Shown here one piece after another: positions 13,301 through 24,797 of a DNA stretch of 64,000 nucleotides. The notes beneath the pieces were generated by a model. The model made no database searches, was not told the DNA's origin, and was given only the letters and a program-made list of their open reading frames with translations. Every line of letters starts with the position of its first letter. The first letter of the stretch is position 1. Source of the stretch: Rebecca billardiae RCC1528. Its lineage: Eukaryota > Protista > Haptophyta. Location: positions 248,001-312,000 of the forward strand of contig OZ251241.1 in NCBI GenBank assembly GCA_965240325.2, read 5' to 3'. Both the position numbers and the translations under genes were made by a program.

Positions 13301-13827
13301 CCGCTGCCCCGGCCGCCGTCCGTACTTCTTCGCGCGGGCCCGCGGCGACAGTCCTCATCGGCCCGCCATGTTGACCAGACTGAGACAGCAGCCGACGGAG
13401 GGTGCACCGCGGGCCCCTAACTACGTTGGTTCTACGGAAGGACCGCGGAACGCGGTCATATTAATTATTATGGCCGTGCTGACCCACTGGCATCAGGCTG
13501 CGCCCGGCCAGTGGCGGCTTCGACTCCGCCGGGCGGCGCGGCAGCGCGGCATTCTGACACTATGATCATGTAGTGATGCACCTCGTCGTCGCGAGGTGCC
13601 ATCGTGTCTCGTGAGTGAGGCGGGCGCATCAACACTGACGGCTGCTCCCGCTGCATTGACAGTCGTCTGAGTCATCTGCATACCAGTATGGTCATCCGAT
13701 CGATGACTGTCAACAGGTATTGACGGCAAGGGTGGTCGGTCTTGACGGGGGCTTGCTCCAACTCAAACAACTCAAGACGAGTCCCGGCTGGCGGGCCGAC
13801 CGACAACACCCCATCGAGACCGCGCCG

Positions 13828-15267
13828 ATGCTCGCGATCGCGCGACGTGCGCCGCTGCTCGCGGCGGCGGTGCTTCTGCTGGCGGGCGGCGCGAGCGCGT
13901 TCCACGCGCACCGTGCCACCGTGCTCCCGCACCACGGCCGTCGGCTGCGCGCGCTCGGCGCGCGGCCGTCGGTGGCGCCGCTCGCGCCGAGCGCGCTGGC
14001 CGGAGTGTCGCGCGTCACGCGCTCGGCCACGATGGTCGCGTCGACCTCGGAGGAGGCGCCGTCGCTCCCGCGGCGCGCGCTGGGCGCGGTGCTCGCGCTT
14101 GCGCGGCTCGTCTTCTCGTGCAGCTGGATCTGGCTCCCCGTCTCGCTGTACTGGGCGCTGCCGTGGCTGGAGCAGCGCTCGGTGTTTGGCTCGTGCGCGG
14201 AGCTCGAGGGGCTGGTGGACATGGCGTGCGGCACCGTGTTCATCCCGGTGGTGGGCATCCTGTACGCCATCCTCGTCGGCCTCTCGATCGACACGCTCTG
14301 GTCCTCGCAGAAGGCCGCGCACCACTCGCTCGCCGCCGAGTGCGCCGCGGCCGCGCTGCTGCTGCCGCAGCTGCGGCCGCTGTTTGTGCCGAGGGGCCCT
14401 CCGAAGCAGACGGCCTCGCAGGTGGGCGGCGCGTACGCGCAGGCGGTGGCGCTGCTGCGCGAGCACATGCACGAGCTGCGCGACACGCTCTACCCGCCGA
14501 AGGGGCGCGACGCGCTCGCCGAGGTCGAGCTGGCGCACCGCTCCGCCCCGAGCGCGCTGCTGTCTTTGAACCGCCTGGTGCGCGCGGCAGGCGCACGGCG
14601 TGGGCGGGGGCGTGGGCGTGGGCAGCGCCGGGCAGGGCTGGGCGCGGGGGTCGCGCGGCGCGGCGCACGCGCGCTCACGCGTGGCGGGCGCCGCGCGCCG
14701 CGCGCCGCGCAGGTGTGCGCGCAGCAGCTGCCCGCTGACGCCGCCGCCCCTCAGACCGACGCTCTCGTCTCCGTCTCGGACAGGCTCAAGGAACTCGTCG
14801 AGCTGCGGTGCGCGGCGCACGCGCACGCGCGCGCGCAGCACGGGGCACGGCCTGCGCGCGCGCCGCGCTCACGCCCCGCGCCGCGCCGCGCCGCGCGCGC
14901 GCCGTGGCGGCGCAGCATGACGCGCGCCTCGTCCGCGCTGCAGCGGCTGCCGACGGTCCACTGGCTGGTGCTGGGCGGGCTGGCGGGCTCGCTCGTGTAT
15001 GCGTTCTGGGTGATCGCCACCGGGCCGGTCGCGGGCGCGGCGGAGGTGACGGCCATCGCGGCGCGCGTGCACCTGAGCAACTGCGCCTCGCCGCGCATCC
15101 GGCTCATGTGCTCCGTGCTCGTCGGCTCGTGCACGTGCGTGTTCAAGATTCTGCGCGACCTCGAGCGGCCGCTGCACGGCGTGTACCGCGTGCGCGCGGA
15201 GGAGGTGGCGAGCGCGCCGATGCTCGAGCAGGCCATCAAGGACGCGGACGCGCAGCTGGGCGGCTGA
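13828..15267 (+). CDS. DUF4239/bestrophin-like membrane protein, probably plastid-targeted; introns 14578-14712, 14808-14915
   Basis: Signal peptide ending ASA-F followed by a transit-like region. TM helices FIPVVGILYAILVG and HWLVLGGL, and C-terminal ILRDLERPLHGVYRV. Confidence 0.7.
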   Translation: MLAIARRAPLLAAAVLLLAGGASAFHAHRATVLPHHGRRLRALGARPSVAPLAPSALAGVSRVTRSATMVASTSEEAPSLPRRALGAVLALARLVFSCSWIWLPVSLYWALPWLEQRSVFGSCAELEGLVDMACGTVFIPVVGILYAILVGLSIDTLWSSQKAAHHSLAAECAAAALLLPQLRPLFVPRGPPKQTASQVGGAYAQAVALLREHMHELRDTLYPPKGRDALAEVELAHRSAPSALLSLNRLVRAAGARRGRGRGRGQRRAGLGAGVARRGARALTRGGRRAPRAAQVCAQQLPADAAAPQTDALVSVSDRLKELVELRCAAHAHARAQHGARPARAPRSRPAPRRAARAPWRRSMTRASSALQRLPTVHWLVLGGLAGSLVYAFWVIATGPVAGAAEVTAIAARVHLSNCASPRIRLMCSVLVGSCTCVFKILRDLERPLHGVYRVRAEEVASAPMLEQAIKDADAQLGG

Positions 15268-15959
15268 GTGCGGAGCGGGCTCGGAGGGCGGATGCACGTG
15301 ATGATGATGACGCGCTCACGGTGCCCATGATGCCGGACCCGCCAGTGCCAGCCGCAGCGCTCGGACGACGGTGACCAACTCGGACCATCATGGCATGCCG
15401 AGTGCTGACTACGGGCTCACTGACGAGTAGTCACTGACTTGAGTGACTACCCGCCGGCGGACTATAGCTAGTAGCTAGCGCTACTTACTAGCTCGGACTT
15501 GGTCTCGGAGTCGGACTAGGCCGCCGCGCCATCATAGTATGATGCTGATAACTAGCGCAGCGTAGCGCAGCAGTATAGCAGTACTACTAGCTAAACTGAT
15601 GCAGCAGATGTACTGCTGCGGCTCGCATCTGTGCGCCGCGCTGAACTTAGTTGGAACACTACCCGCGATTAGGCCGCCGCAGAGCAATCCCGCCACGAAC
15701 TCGTATCGACCACGCCGGCAGCGCCCGTCAGATGCCGCCGGGGCCGCGCCGCCCATCTCGAGACTCGCGGCCGCTCGTCGGCCGCTCGGACCGCGGCCTG
15801 GTGGGAACTCACGACTCGCGCGCCCCGCGCGACATCACTCGCACGACCGTCTTCTCCGTAGCGCCAGCCGGGCGCACGCCAGCGCCTTCACGGCGGGGGC
15901 GGCGCCCAGAGGCCGCGCGGCGCTCCCGGAGAGGTCGTCGCCCGGCTGCGGCCGCGCCA

Positions 15960-18900
15960 TCACGCGCGCGCGCCGTCATCGTCCTCGCCCACGCGCGACG
16001 CCTTGGCGTGCGGCGCGAACGCGTTCAGGTTGAAGTTCTCACACGGCGGGTTGAACGGCCTGCGGCGCGCGCGCAGCACACCGCGCCGCCGGTCGCGGCG
16101 GTCAGGCCGCGCGCCGCGGCCGCCGCGCGCGCGCGCCCCTCGCGCGCGCGCGCGCGCCGCGCACCCGTTGAAGACGAAGTGGAGCGCGGTGTGCTTCGAG
16201 TAGTGCAGGTCGGGCAGCAGCTTGGGCGTGATCAGCAGGTACTGCGTCTTGGAGCGCTGGCACGCGGTCGCCTTGGTGATCACCTCGAAGATGCGCCGCT
16301 CGTTGTGCCGGTCCATCGCCTGGTTGATCTCGTCGACCACGCGGAAGGGGCACGGGTTCACGTCCTGCAGCGCGATCAGGTACACCATCGTCGCGACCGA
16401 GCACTCGCCGCCCGAGTCGCGCGAGGAGGAGAGCACGTGCAGCGGGTCAGCGGCGCGCCACTTGACCTGTGCGGAGGGCGCACGGACGCGCGCGCGAAAG
16501 GGAGGGCGCGCGCGTGAGTGCGGAGGCGCTTGGCCGCGCGGCGCGGCGCGCACCACCGCGCACCGCCGCGCCCCCGTGCCGCCCCCGCCCCCCCGCGCGC
16601 TTGCTCCGCACCTTGATGCGCAGCTCGTACTCGTCCAGCTCGGTCGGGTGCGGCGCGAGCTCGACCTCGCCCACGCAGTTGAACGCGGCGAAGAGCTCGC
16701 CCACGCGCGTGCTGACCGTGGATGCCATCTGCCGCACCTTCGGCTCCCACGCGTCTCTGCGCGCGCTCAGCTCCTCGCCCACCTTGCCCGCCTCCTCGCA
16801 GAACTCCGCGAGCTCCTGCTCGTCGTGCGCGATCTTGCGCTTGTTGGCGTGGTACTTTGAGACTGCGTCGAGGTCGACGGCCGAGCGCGCGATCTGCTCG
16901 TCCAGCTCGCGCACCTCGTCCGCGATCGCGTCGTCGTCGTCGGGCATCGCGTCCCACTCGGCGCGCACGCCCGCGTCCTCGGGCTTCTGCTCGTCGCCGA
17001 CGGGGTGCATCTCCGGGCACAGCTCATCCGCCGCCTTGAACAGCACGCTCACCTCCGACTTGATCTTGTCGCGCCGCGCGATCAGCTCGCGCATCGCGCG
17101 CTCGGCGGCGTCGCACGCGGCCTTCTTCTCCGCCAGCACCTCCTGCGCAGCCTCGACGTCGCCCGCGGCGCGCGCCACGCCGACGGCGGCGGCGGCGGCC
17201 TCGAGCGCCGCCCGCTCGCGCGCCGCCGCCGCCTTTGGCAGCTCGGCCGCCTTGCGCGCGCACACCTCGTGCGCCTTGGTCAGGTCGGCGCGCAGCTTGG
17301 CGCGCCGCTCCGCAAGCTTCTCGGGTTGCGCTTCCTTCTGCCGCTGCGCGAGCTCGCGCTCGAGCTTGGCGACGCGCTCGCGCGCGTGCTTGGCCGCGTG
17401 CGCCTGCGCGCTCAGCTGCTGCCGCTCCGTGCCCGCCTCCTTCTCCGCCGCCTTCGCCTTTCGCACCTCGGCGCCCAGAGCCTCGAGCTGCTGGCGCTTC
17501 TCGTCCACCTCGCGCGCGGCGCCCTGCTCCGCCTCGCGCGCCTCCGCGAGCGCGTCCGCGTCGGCGGCGCTGTGCGAGAGCAGCCACGGCCGCTGGCTGC
17601 GGTTGATCGCAGTGGTGGACGTCGTCATCTTCTTCGCGCCGTACCGGCTCTGCGAGCCGCTGAACGCCTTGTGCGGCGTGTACACGTTCCAGCGGCTGCG
17701 GCCGTGCCGCTGCAGCACGCGCTCGAGCGCGTCCATGTTCTTGTCGAGCGCCGCGCTGCCCACCAGCACCTGGTGGATGCCGCACAGCCTGCACAGCAGC
17801 GACTTGACGACCGCGTTGGCCTGCACGCCGCTGTGCAGCCACCCCGTCACGCCGAGCCGCGCGAGCTCGGGCGCGCCCGCGTCGAACGGCGGCTGCGGCA
17901 GGCCCTCCGCGTTGTCCAGAGCCGCGTACACGTTGGTCTGCCACTTCTCGCGCCGCACGGTCGCCTGCAGCAGGTCGCGGTCCTTCTGGGTGAAGACGAT
18001 GAAGCCACCGAAGACCGCGTCGTTCACCGCCTTCTCGAGGTAGTACGCGTGGTCCTCGTCCACCACGTCGATGTGCAGCCCGATGGGGCCGACCGGCATC
18101 CTCTCGAACTGCGCGCTGTTCTGCGCCACCCAGCGCTCGACCTTGGACGCGTGCTCGTGCTTCCGGTACAGCGCGGCCGCCTTGGCCTTGCCCGAGTCCT
18201 GCAGCTCGTCGAGCTGCCGCTTCGCGTGGTCGTGCTGCGCGGCGCGAAGCGGCGCGAAGCGGCGCGAAGCGGTGAGCCGCGCGGCGAGCCGAGGCCGGCG
18301 CGCGCCGAGGCGCGCGCGGTGCGCGTGCGCGCGTGCGCGCGCGCGCGCGTGCGCACACCCGCTGCTGCGCTGCGCGCGCCTCTGCGCGCACGGCGTCGTG
18401 GTCGGCCTCGAGGTCGCTGCGCGCGTTCTGCGCGGCTGCGATCTTGGCCTGCACCTCCTTGATCTTGGGCGCGATCTCGTCGTCGGTCGGCTGCCGCGCG
18501 AGCTCATCCTTCGCCCGGCGCAGCACGTCCTTCGCGCCCTGCACGCGGCCCTGCTGCTCGACCTCGTCGCGCGTCAGCCTCGTGCGCTCGGCGTCCAGCC
18601 TGTCGAGCTCGTCCTGGTGCTTGCCCTCGATGGCGTCCATCAGGCCGGCGATCTCCTTCGCCGCCTTCTTCTGCTCGGCGTCGGCGGCGGTGTGCAGCGC
18701 CGCCGCCTCCTTCTTCGCGCGCATCGCGGCGGCGACCGCCGGCTCCGCCGCCTTCTTCTCCGCCTCCCTGGCCACCGCCTCCTTCTTGGACTCCTTGTAC
18801 TGCGCGCTCACCGCCTTGTGCTCCGCGTTCTTGCGCAGCACCTTGAGCCACGCCGCCTTGCCCTGCAGGTGGTCCTTCTTCTTCACGTTCCGCTGCGCGC

Positions 18901-19853
18901 GCGGCGGGGCCACGGCGCGCGACGCGGAGGCGCACTCGCCCCGCAGCGTCAGCGCTCGGCCGGTCGGCTGTGGCGCCGCCGCCGCGGAGGGCCGGCTCGC
19001 CTCTCGCGCGCGAGCGCGCGCGCGCGCACCTCGTACTCCTCGACGCGCTCGACGTCGGTCGCGAGCTTCTCGGTCTTCGCCTTGAGGTCCTGCAGCGCCT
19101 TCTCCTTGCCCGCGCGCGTCGAGTCCACCTCGCGCACGCGCTTGGAGAGCGTGATGAGCTCGAGGTGCTCCGCATGCTCCTCCGGCATCGTCGCCTTCAT
19201 CGTCGAGGTCAGCAGCTCCTTCGGCGTCATCTTGGTGAACTCGATCACCTTGTCCTGCGGGAGGAACTGGAGCATGTTGTCGATCGAGATGCCCAGGGCC
19301 GAGACGCGGGTCTTCACCTCCGTCTTGGTGCACTTCTTGCCTGCGCGAGGCGAGCGCGCGCCGGCGCGCATGCGGCTCGGACCGGTGCGCCGCGCGCGCC
19401 CTGCGGCCGGGCCGGCGCGCGCGCGCGCGCGCGCGCACCGTCGATGGAGTAGTTGCACTTGTTCGACTCGCGCACCAGGTCGGCGCGGATGAGCAGGTTG
19501 CGCCCCGGCCCGTTGCCGTCGCGCAGCTCGATCTCAACCCAGCCCGAGTCGCACCCGTGCTTGATCGCGTCCGAAGCGCGGTCGCCGCGCTCGGTAATCT
19601 TGAGCGAGCCGCCGAGCACGATGGCGAGCGCGTTCACGATCGAGGACTTGCCCGTCCCGTTCGGCCCGACGATGCAGTTGAGCCGCGGGCCCGGCGGCGA
19701 GAGCTCTGCGTGCGAGTACGTCATGAAGTTGTGCATCGTCACGCGGTAGATGGCGCCCGGCGCGTAGTCGTCGGGCGCGAACGTGTCCGCCAGCTTGCGA
19801 CGCTTCGCGCATTCCTCGGTCTCCGCCGTCGGCTCCGACGCGCGGCCCCTCAT
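15960..19853 (-). CDS. SMC5: Structural maintenance of chromosomes protein 5; introns 19341-19438, 18893-19029, 18235-18358, 16467-16611, 16060-16164 (about 1,094 aa)
   Basis: HNFMTY, Walker A GPNGTGKS, QFLPQDKV, SGGE signature, PFRVVDEINQAMD and QYLLITPKLL. The spliced length is a multiple of 3. Confidence 0.93.
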
Positions 19854-20076
19854 CGCCACCGCCGCTCGCACGAGCTGTGCGCTGCCCGCTTGCCCCGCAG
19901 GATGGGAGCGCACCGCGCGCCGCTGGCCCTTGCCCGCGCTGTGAGCCAGCGCGGCTTGTCCACTGGTGGCTCCAGTCTCGTCAGCGCGACCTTGAAGGCA
20001 AACCGGGCCGGCCGCGCTTTGAGCTTTGGCCAACGGTCAAGCACTGGTCCGGCCGACAACGTGGCCGGAGTCGGCG

Positions 20077-21117
20077 ATGGCAGCGGCGCTGCACGTGCTG
20101 CAGCTTGCCCTGCTCGGCTCGGCGCCATCGCCGCACCGGCTGGGCGGGCCGAGGGCCATGGCGGCCGCGCGTGCGCGCGCGCGCAGCCTCGTCACGTGCT
20201 CCTCCGCCGGCGGCATGGGCGGGCCGACGCCGCCGGGCGCGGTGCGGTACCGCGCGCTCGTCGCGTACGACGGCGCGTGCTTTGCCGGCTTCCAGCTGCA
20301 GCCGGGCGGCGTGGACACGGTGCAGGCGCGGCTCGAGGCGGCGTTCGCCACGCGCTTCCGCGTACCCGTGCGCGTGATCGCCGCCTCGCGCACGGACGCG
20401 GGCGTGCACGCGCGCGGGCAGGTGGTGCACTTCGACGCGCCGCAGCTGGACGAGCCGGCCGCGCGCACGCAGTGGTCGGCCAACGCGATGCTGCCGCCCT
20501 CGGTGCGCGTGCGCGAGCTCGAGCTCGCGCCCGTCTCGGCGGACGGGACGCGCCGCTGGCACGCCATGGCGTGCGCCCTCGGCAAGCACTACGCGTACCG
20601 CTGGCACGTGGGCGACGTGCCCGACCCGCTCGAGCGGCACGCGCGCGCGCACTCGCGGCCGCCGCGCAGCAAGGCGGGCGCGCCGTTCGACCTGCGCGCG
20701 GTCGAGCGCGCGGCGCAGCACTTCGTGGGCGAGCACGACTTCTCCTCGTTCGTCAACGTCGGCGAGCCGCGCGGCGCCGCGGCCGCCGACGCCGCGCGCA
20801 GCCCCGTGCGCGTGGTGCACGGCGTGGGCGTGGAGGACGAGGGCCGCGGCCGCGTGCGGCTCGACTTCTTCATCCAGTCGGCGCTGTACAAGCAGGTGCG
20901 CAACATGGCCGGCACGCTCGCCGCGGTCGGCTGGGGCGAGCTCGGCCCGGACGACATCCCGCGGCTGCTCGCGCGGCGAGACCGCTCGGGGCTGCCGCCG
21001 CCCGCGCCCGCGCACGGGCTCACGCTCGAGCGCGTGTGGTGCACGGACGAGCCGTGCGCCGGGCCGTGGGACGGCGAGACGGCGCGCTGGGGCAGGGCGG
21101 GCGAGGCGGACGGGTAG
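20077..21117 (+). CDS. truA: tRNA pseudouridine synthase A (TruA/Pus1 family), bacterial-like, with N-terminal targeting extension
   Basis: VAYDGACFAGFQ, SRTDAGVHARGQ, GEHDFSSF, LYKQVRNMAG, APAHGLTL. Confidence 0.92.
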   Translation: MAAALHVLQLALLGSAPSPHRLGGPRAMAAARARARSLVTCSSAGGMGGPTPPGAVRYRALVAYDGACFAGFQLQPGGVDTVQARLEAAFATRFRVPVRVIAASRTDAGVHARGQVVHFDAPQLDEPAARTQWSANAMLPPSVRVRELELAPVSADGTRRWHAMACALGKHYAYRWHVGDVPDPLERHARAHSRPPRSKAGAPFDLRAVERAAQHFVGEHDFSSFVNVGEPRGAAAADAARSPVRVVHGVGVEDEGRGRVRLDFFIQSALYKQVRNMAGTLAAVGWGELGPDDIPRLLARRDRSGLPPPAPAHGLTLERVWCTDEPCAGPWDGETARWGRAGEADG

Positions 21118-21639
21118 GGACTCGGCAGCGCTGGCGCGCGGCGGGAGGGGGGAGGGTGAGGCCAGGCCGCCAAGGGCGGCGGTGCCGCCCAAACGCCGGT
21201 TCGGGTTCCGGGTTGCGGTGCGCTCGAACGCTGGTGTGCGTGGTGCGTGGTGAGCGGTGTCGTCGTGAGTCGGACGCCTGCTGACCGCCCTGACCAACCG
21301 CGGCAGCCGGGGTGGCCCCGCGCCCCCACTGCCTGCTGCGCTCCCGGCCTGCTGCTCCGAATAATCCGTCGCACAGTTCGTCTCCATCAGCTGCAGCAGT
21401 GGAGTCTATCCAGCGCGGCCACCGGGCAGCCGACCTGGTGATGGGCTGATAATGGCAGCATCTAGGCTCAGACACTCAGTATACTGTACTACTGTAGTTG
21501 GAAGTTGAACCGTGCCAGTCTTCAACGGTGCGTGCGCCTGCAGCTCTCGAGTGGGAGAGTGGTCGGGTGCTGGGTGCAGGCCACCGGCCAAGGGAAAAAA
21601 ACGCACACGCGGGTCGCGGTTCCGGTTCGTTCCTTCCGC

Positions 21640-22581
21640 ATGAGCACCAAGCTCTCCAGACTTGAGACTTCCCATCCGTGGGCCGGGATGCCGCCCGGCG
21701 CGGCGGTCGCCGATTGGACGGCGGACGAGGTAGCGGGGTGGCTGCAGCGGGTGTGTGGCGTGCCCGGCGAAGTGACCGCAGAGTTTCTTCGCAACCAGGT
21801 CGACGGTGAGCTCCTGCTCGCCCTCGACGAGCGCAGCTTTGCCGAGCTTGGGCTGACGAGCGCGCTCGCCGTCGCCAAGGTGCGAGTGCGCCTCGGCCGG
21901 CTCGTGCGCGAGTCGCCGGTGAAGGTGGGCCTGATCGCGCGCGTGCCCATCGTGAACATTATATACCGTCTACTCTTCGACGAGGAGCCGCCTCACCTCG
22001 ACAGCGTCAAGTCGACGCTGGACACGATCGCGCTGCTGGCCGCTCTCTTCCTCACGATCGCGATGGCGCTGCCGACCGGCGTGGCCTTCGACGAGCTCGA
22101 GGCCGCGCGCGCGCGCTTCTCGGCGCCGCCTTACGATAGCATGTTCTCGGGCGACCAGATCGTGCGCGACTTCGGCAACGCCATCGCCGTCGCCACCTTC
22201 ATGCTCGGCTCGGCGCTGATCGCGACCGTGTGTGCGATCGTGTCCATCCTCGTGACGCAGGCGGAGATCGAGGGGCGGCCCGAGGCGACGCGGCGCTTCT
22301 GGCGATTCGCGCGCTGGGGCGCGGTCTGGGCGATCGGCAGCCTGATCGCCGGCGTGATCGGCTGCTTCCTCGCCTTTAACCGGCTCGTCTTCATCAAGCT
22401 GCCCGACGTGATGCTCGAGCGCGGTGGCGGCTGGCCGCCGAGCATGATCTTTGCGTACGTGGTCGCGGCCAACGTCGTGCTGCTCGGCAGCTTGGTCGGG
22501 GTCTTCATGCTGATGGGGCTCGGCCACGCGAGCGCGGCCGCGAGCATCGTCGAGGATCTCGAACGCAAGGTTACCGCCTGA
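21640..22581 (+). CDS. SAM-domain protein with four C-terminal TM helices (PGG/Orai-like bundle), intronless
   Basis: WTADEVAGWL...FLRNQVDGELLLALDERSFAELGL is a SAM consensus, followed by four hydrophobic segments. Confidence 0.8.
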   Translation: MSTKLSRLETSHPWAGMPPGAAVADWTADEVAGWLQRVCGVPGEVTAEFLRNQVDGELLLALDERSFAELGLTSALAVAKVRVRLGRLVRESPVKVGLIARVPIVNIIYRLLFDEEPPHLDSVKSTLDTIALLAALFLTIAMALPTGVAFDELEAARARFSAPPYDSMFSGDQIVRDFGNAIAVATFMLGSALIATVCAIVSILVTQAEIEGRPEATRRFWRFARWGAVWAIGSLIAGVIGCFLAFNRLVFIKLPDVMLERGGGWPPSMIFAYVVAANVVLLGSLVGVFMLMGLGHASAAASIVEDLERKVTA

Positions 22582-24100
22582 CGACGACGGCTCTGCCGGC
22601 GCAGAGATCGTCCGTCCGGACTAGTGCAGCAGCAGAGGCCAGCTGAGACTGAGTAGCAGCAGACACGACACTGAATACTGATACTACGGGGCGGCCCCAC
22701 TGACGGACCGAGCAAACTTAGCTAAAACGCTGTAATCGCGCGTCAGGCGCAGCCTGACGCGTCGGACGTCACTGGCTACCTCGGGCGGGCTCGGACTCGT
22801 GGTCTGAGCCAGGTCCCTGCCCCCCAACCGTACGTCGGACCCTGATTTTGGGGCCCGCGGGCCTCCGTTCGGGGTCGGTGCGCAGCGCCGGGCACGACTG
22901 CCAAACCGGCCATCCGCAAATGGCTCCGTGACGCCGATCCAGACGTGCTGCAGGCGCCGCGTTTGTTGGGTTCGTTCGGCAGCACGCGTGCCGACGACCA
23001 GGGCGGACAACGCCACCAGGGTCTGCGCGCCAGCCGCCGCTCTGCGCAGCTCAGGCAGCCCTTTCGAGACAGCCGAAACAGTGCAGCGATGGCCCGAGCG
23101 CGCGCGCGCGTGCTGGTGTGAACAGGTTCGAGATGGTCGGTGTGCTGCTGCGCGCACTCGCCATGGCTGGGCGACATCGAGGAGGCAACAACGTGCGCGG
23201 CTGAGGGCCTTCTCGTCGCATGCGCGCAGAGAATGAGCTGAGCCGAGCAGCTGGATGCGAGCCTGCGCACGCGACGCGTTGCCGAGCGGAGCGTGCGGGA
23301 CGGTGAGGGTGATACGCGCGCGTGCGGAGGTGGCATATGCGGTATTGAATCGCGTGGCGCGCGCGCGAGGATGCGCACCCTCGCGTTCGGCCAGAGCGCG
23401 TGCTCAAAGAGCAGCACGTAGCGGCGCCCAGAGACGACGACACGTGCTCAGCAAACGGCCCCCGTGTTGGGACTGAAGGAAGGCGTTGGAGACCGACGCG
23501 CGCGGTGGGTGCGAAGACCAGGCACTGGCCACTCACCGCGCACGCCGCGCGCGCCGCCAGACGGCTTCGACTGTCGCCGACCACGCCCGCGAGGCACCCG
23601 GTTGCGGTCCAGGCGGCTGCCCGAGAGCCTTGCCAACACAATCCTGCTGCGCACGCGCGATCCGCGCGCGGGAAGAGGGAGCGGGCGGAGGAGCAGACAT
23701 AATGTGAGTCGTGGCGCAATCCCACCTGGCTGCTTTTCGCAAATCATCCCCGCACTCGGCGGTACGCGCGTGCGCATACCAGGCCCGTGCCGCCGACTCT
23801 GGATCAACGCCGGCGTCGGTCGGGTCGAGTGTGCAGGGTGGTGAGTCTCGATTGGAGAGCTCGACCGCGCTCAGGAGGCGAGCCAGTCCATGCCAGGGAT
23901 GACGCGCCCCCACCTGGCGGCTCGCGCCGGCAGCATCGTGACGCACGCGCTCGCGCGCGGCGAGTTCAGGCGGCGGACGGTGGGCAAAAGCGAAGTTCCA
24001 CTTCGTTGGAAGTTCCGCGAAACTTGCGAACGATGTTTGCTCGTTGGACCACTCAGAGCGCCCCGTAGTAGATGAGTGATGACACTGACATGCGCATCAG

Positions 24101-24103
<3 letters not shown>

Positions 24104-24198
<95 letters not shown>

Positions 24199-24365
24199 GC
24201 AGCCTGCTGTGGGCTGCAACATGTTCTACGACGACGAGAAAATCCCAACAAGGAGTGTCTGCATCATATAAGTATGCGCCTGCCGCATCCGCCATCCAGG
24301 CATTGGTCACGTACGCAAGGTCAAGGACACATATATATATATATATATATTATATAATATATATA

Positions 24366-24407
<42 letters not shown>

Positions 24408-24412
24408 ATATA
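24104..24412. repeat. Two (TA)n microsatellite tracts (24104-24196 pure; 24331-24412 imperfect)
   Basis: Direct reading. Confidence 0.97.
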
Positions 24413-24797
24413 TGCGCTGGCAGCTACTGAGTACTGGTGCATGCTGACGATCGATAGGCGCGCGTATAGCAGCTAAATAGCGCAGCGCCGCCAGTGGCAG
24501 TGCCGAGTGCGCGCGCTGCGCTGCACGCACGCATCAATTCGTCGCATCATCGTCGTCGTCGCGATGATGATCATCTGCATCATCATCGTCATCGCGCGTG
24601 ATCGTCAGCGCACGACCGAGTAGCACATGCACGCCGCGTCGAGTAAAACGGCACTGCTGCTGCGGCGGCGGCGGCGGCGCGCTGCCACGCCACTTTGTGG
24701 CCTGCGCCAGCGCGCGCGGCTCGGCATCGACGCCACGGGCGGGTTGCCCGGTTCGCGGTCGTCGGTCGGTTCAGCTTGCAGTCAGCGCCGCGCCTGG

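Noticed and set aside
22700-24070. Short overlapping ORFs between the SAM gene and the TA repeat
   Set aside because: No motifs, no consistent codon bias and no element ends identified
23871-24476. ORFs encoding (IY)n
   Set aside because: Translations of (TA)n microsatellites
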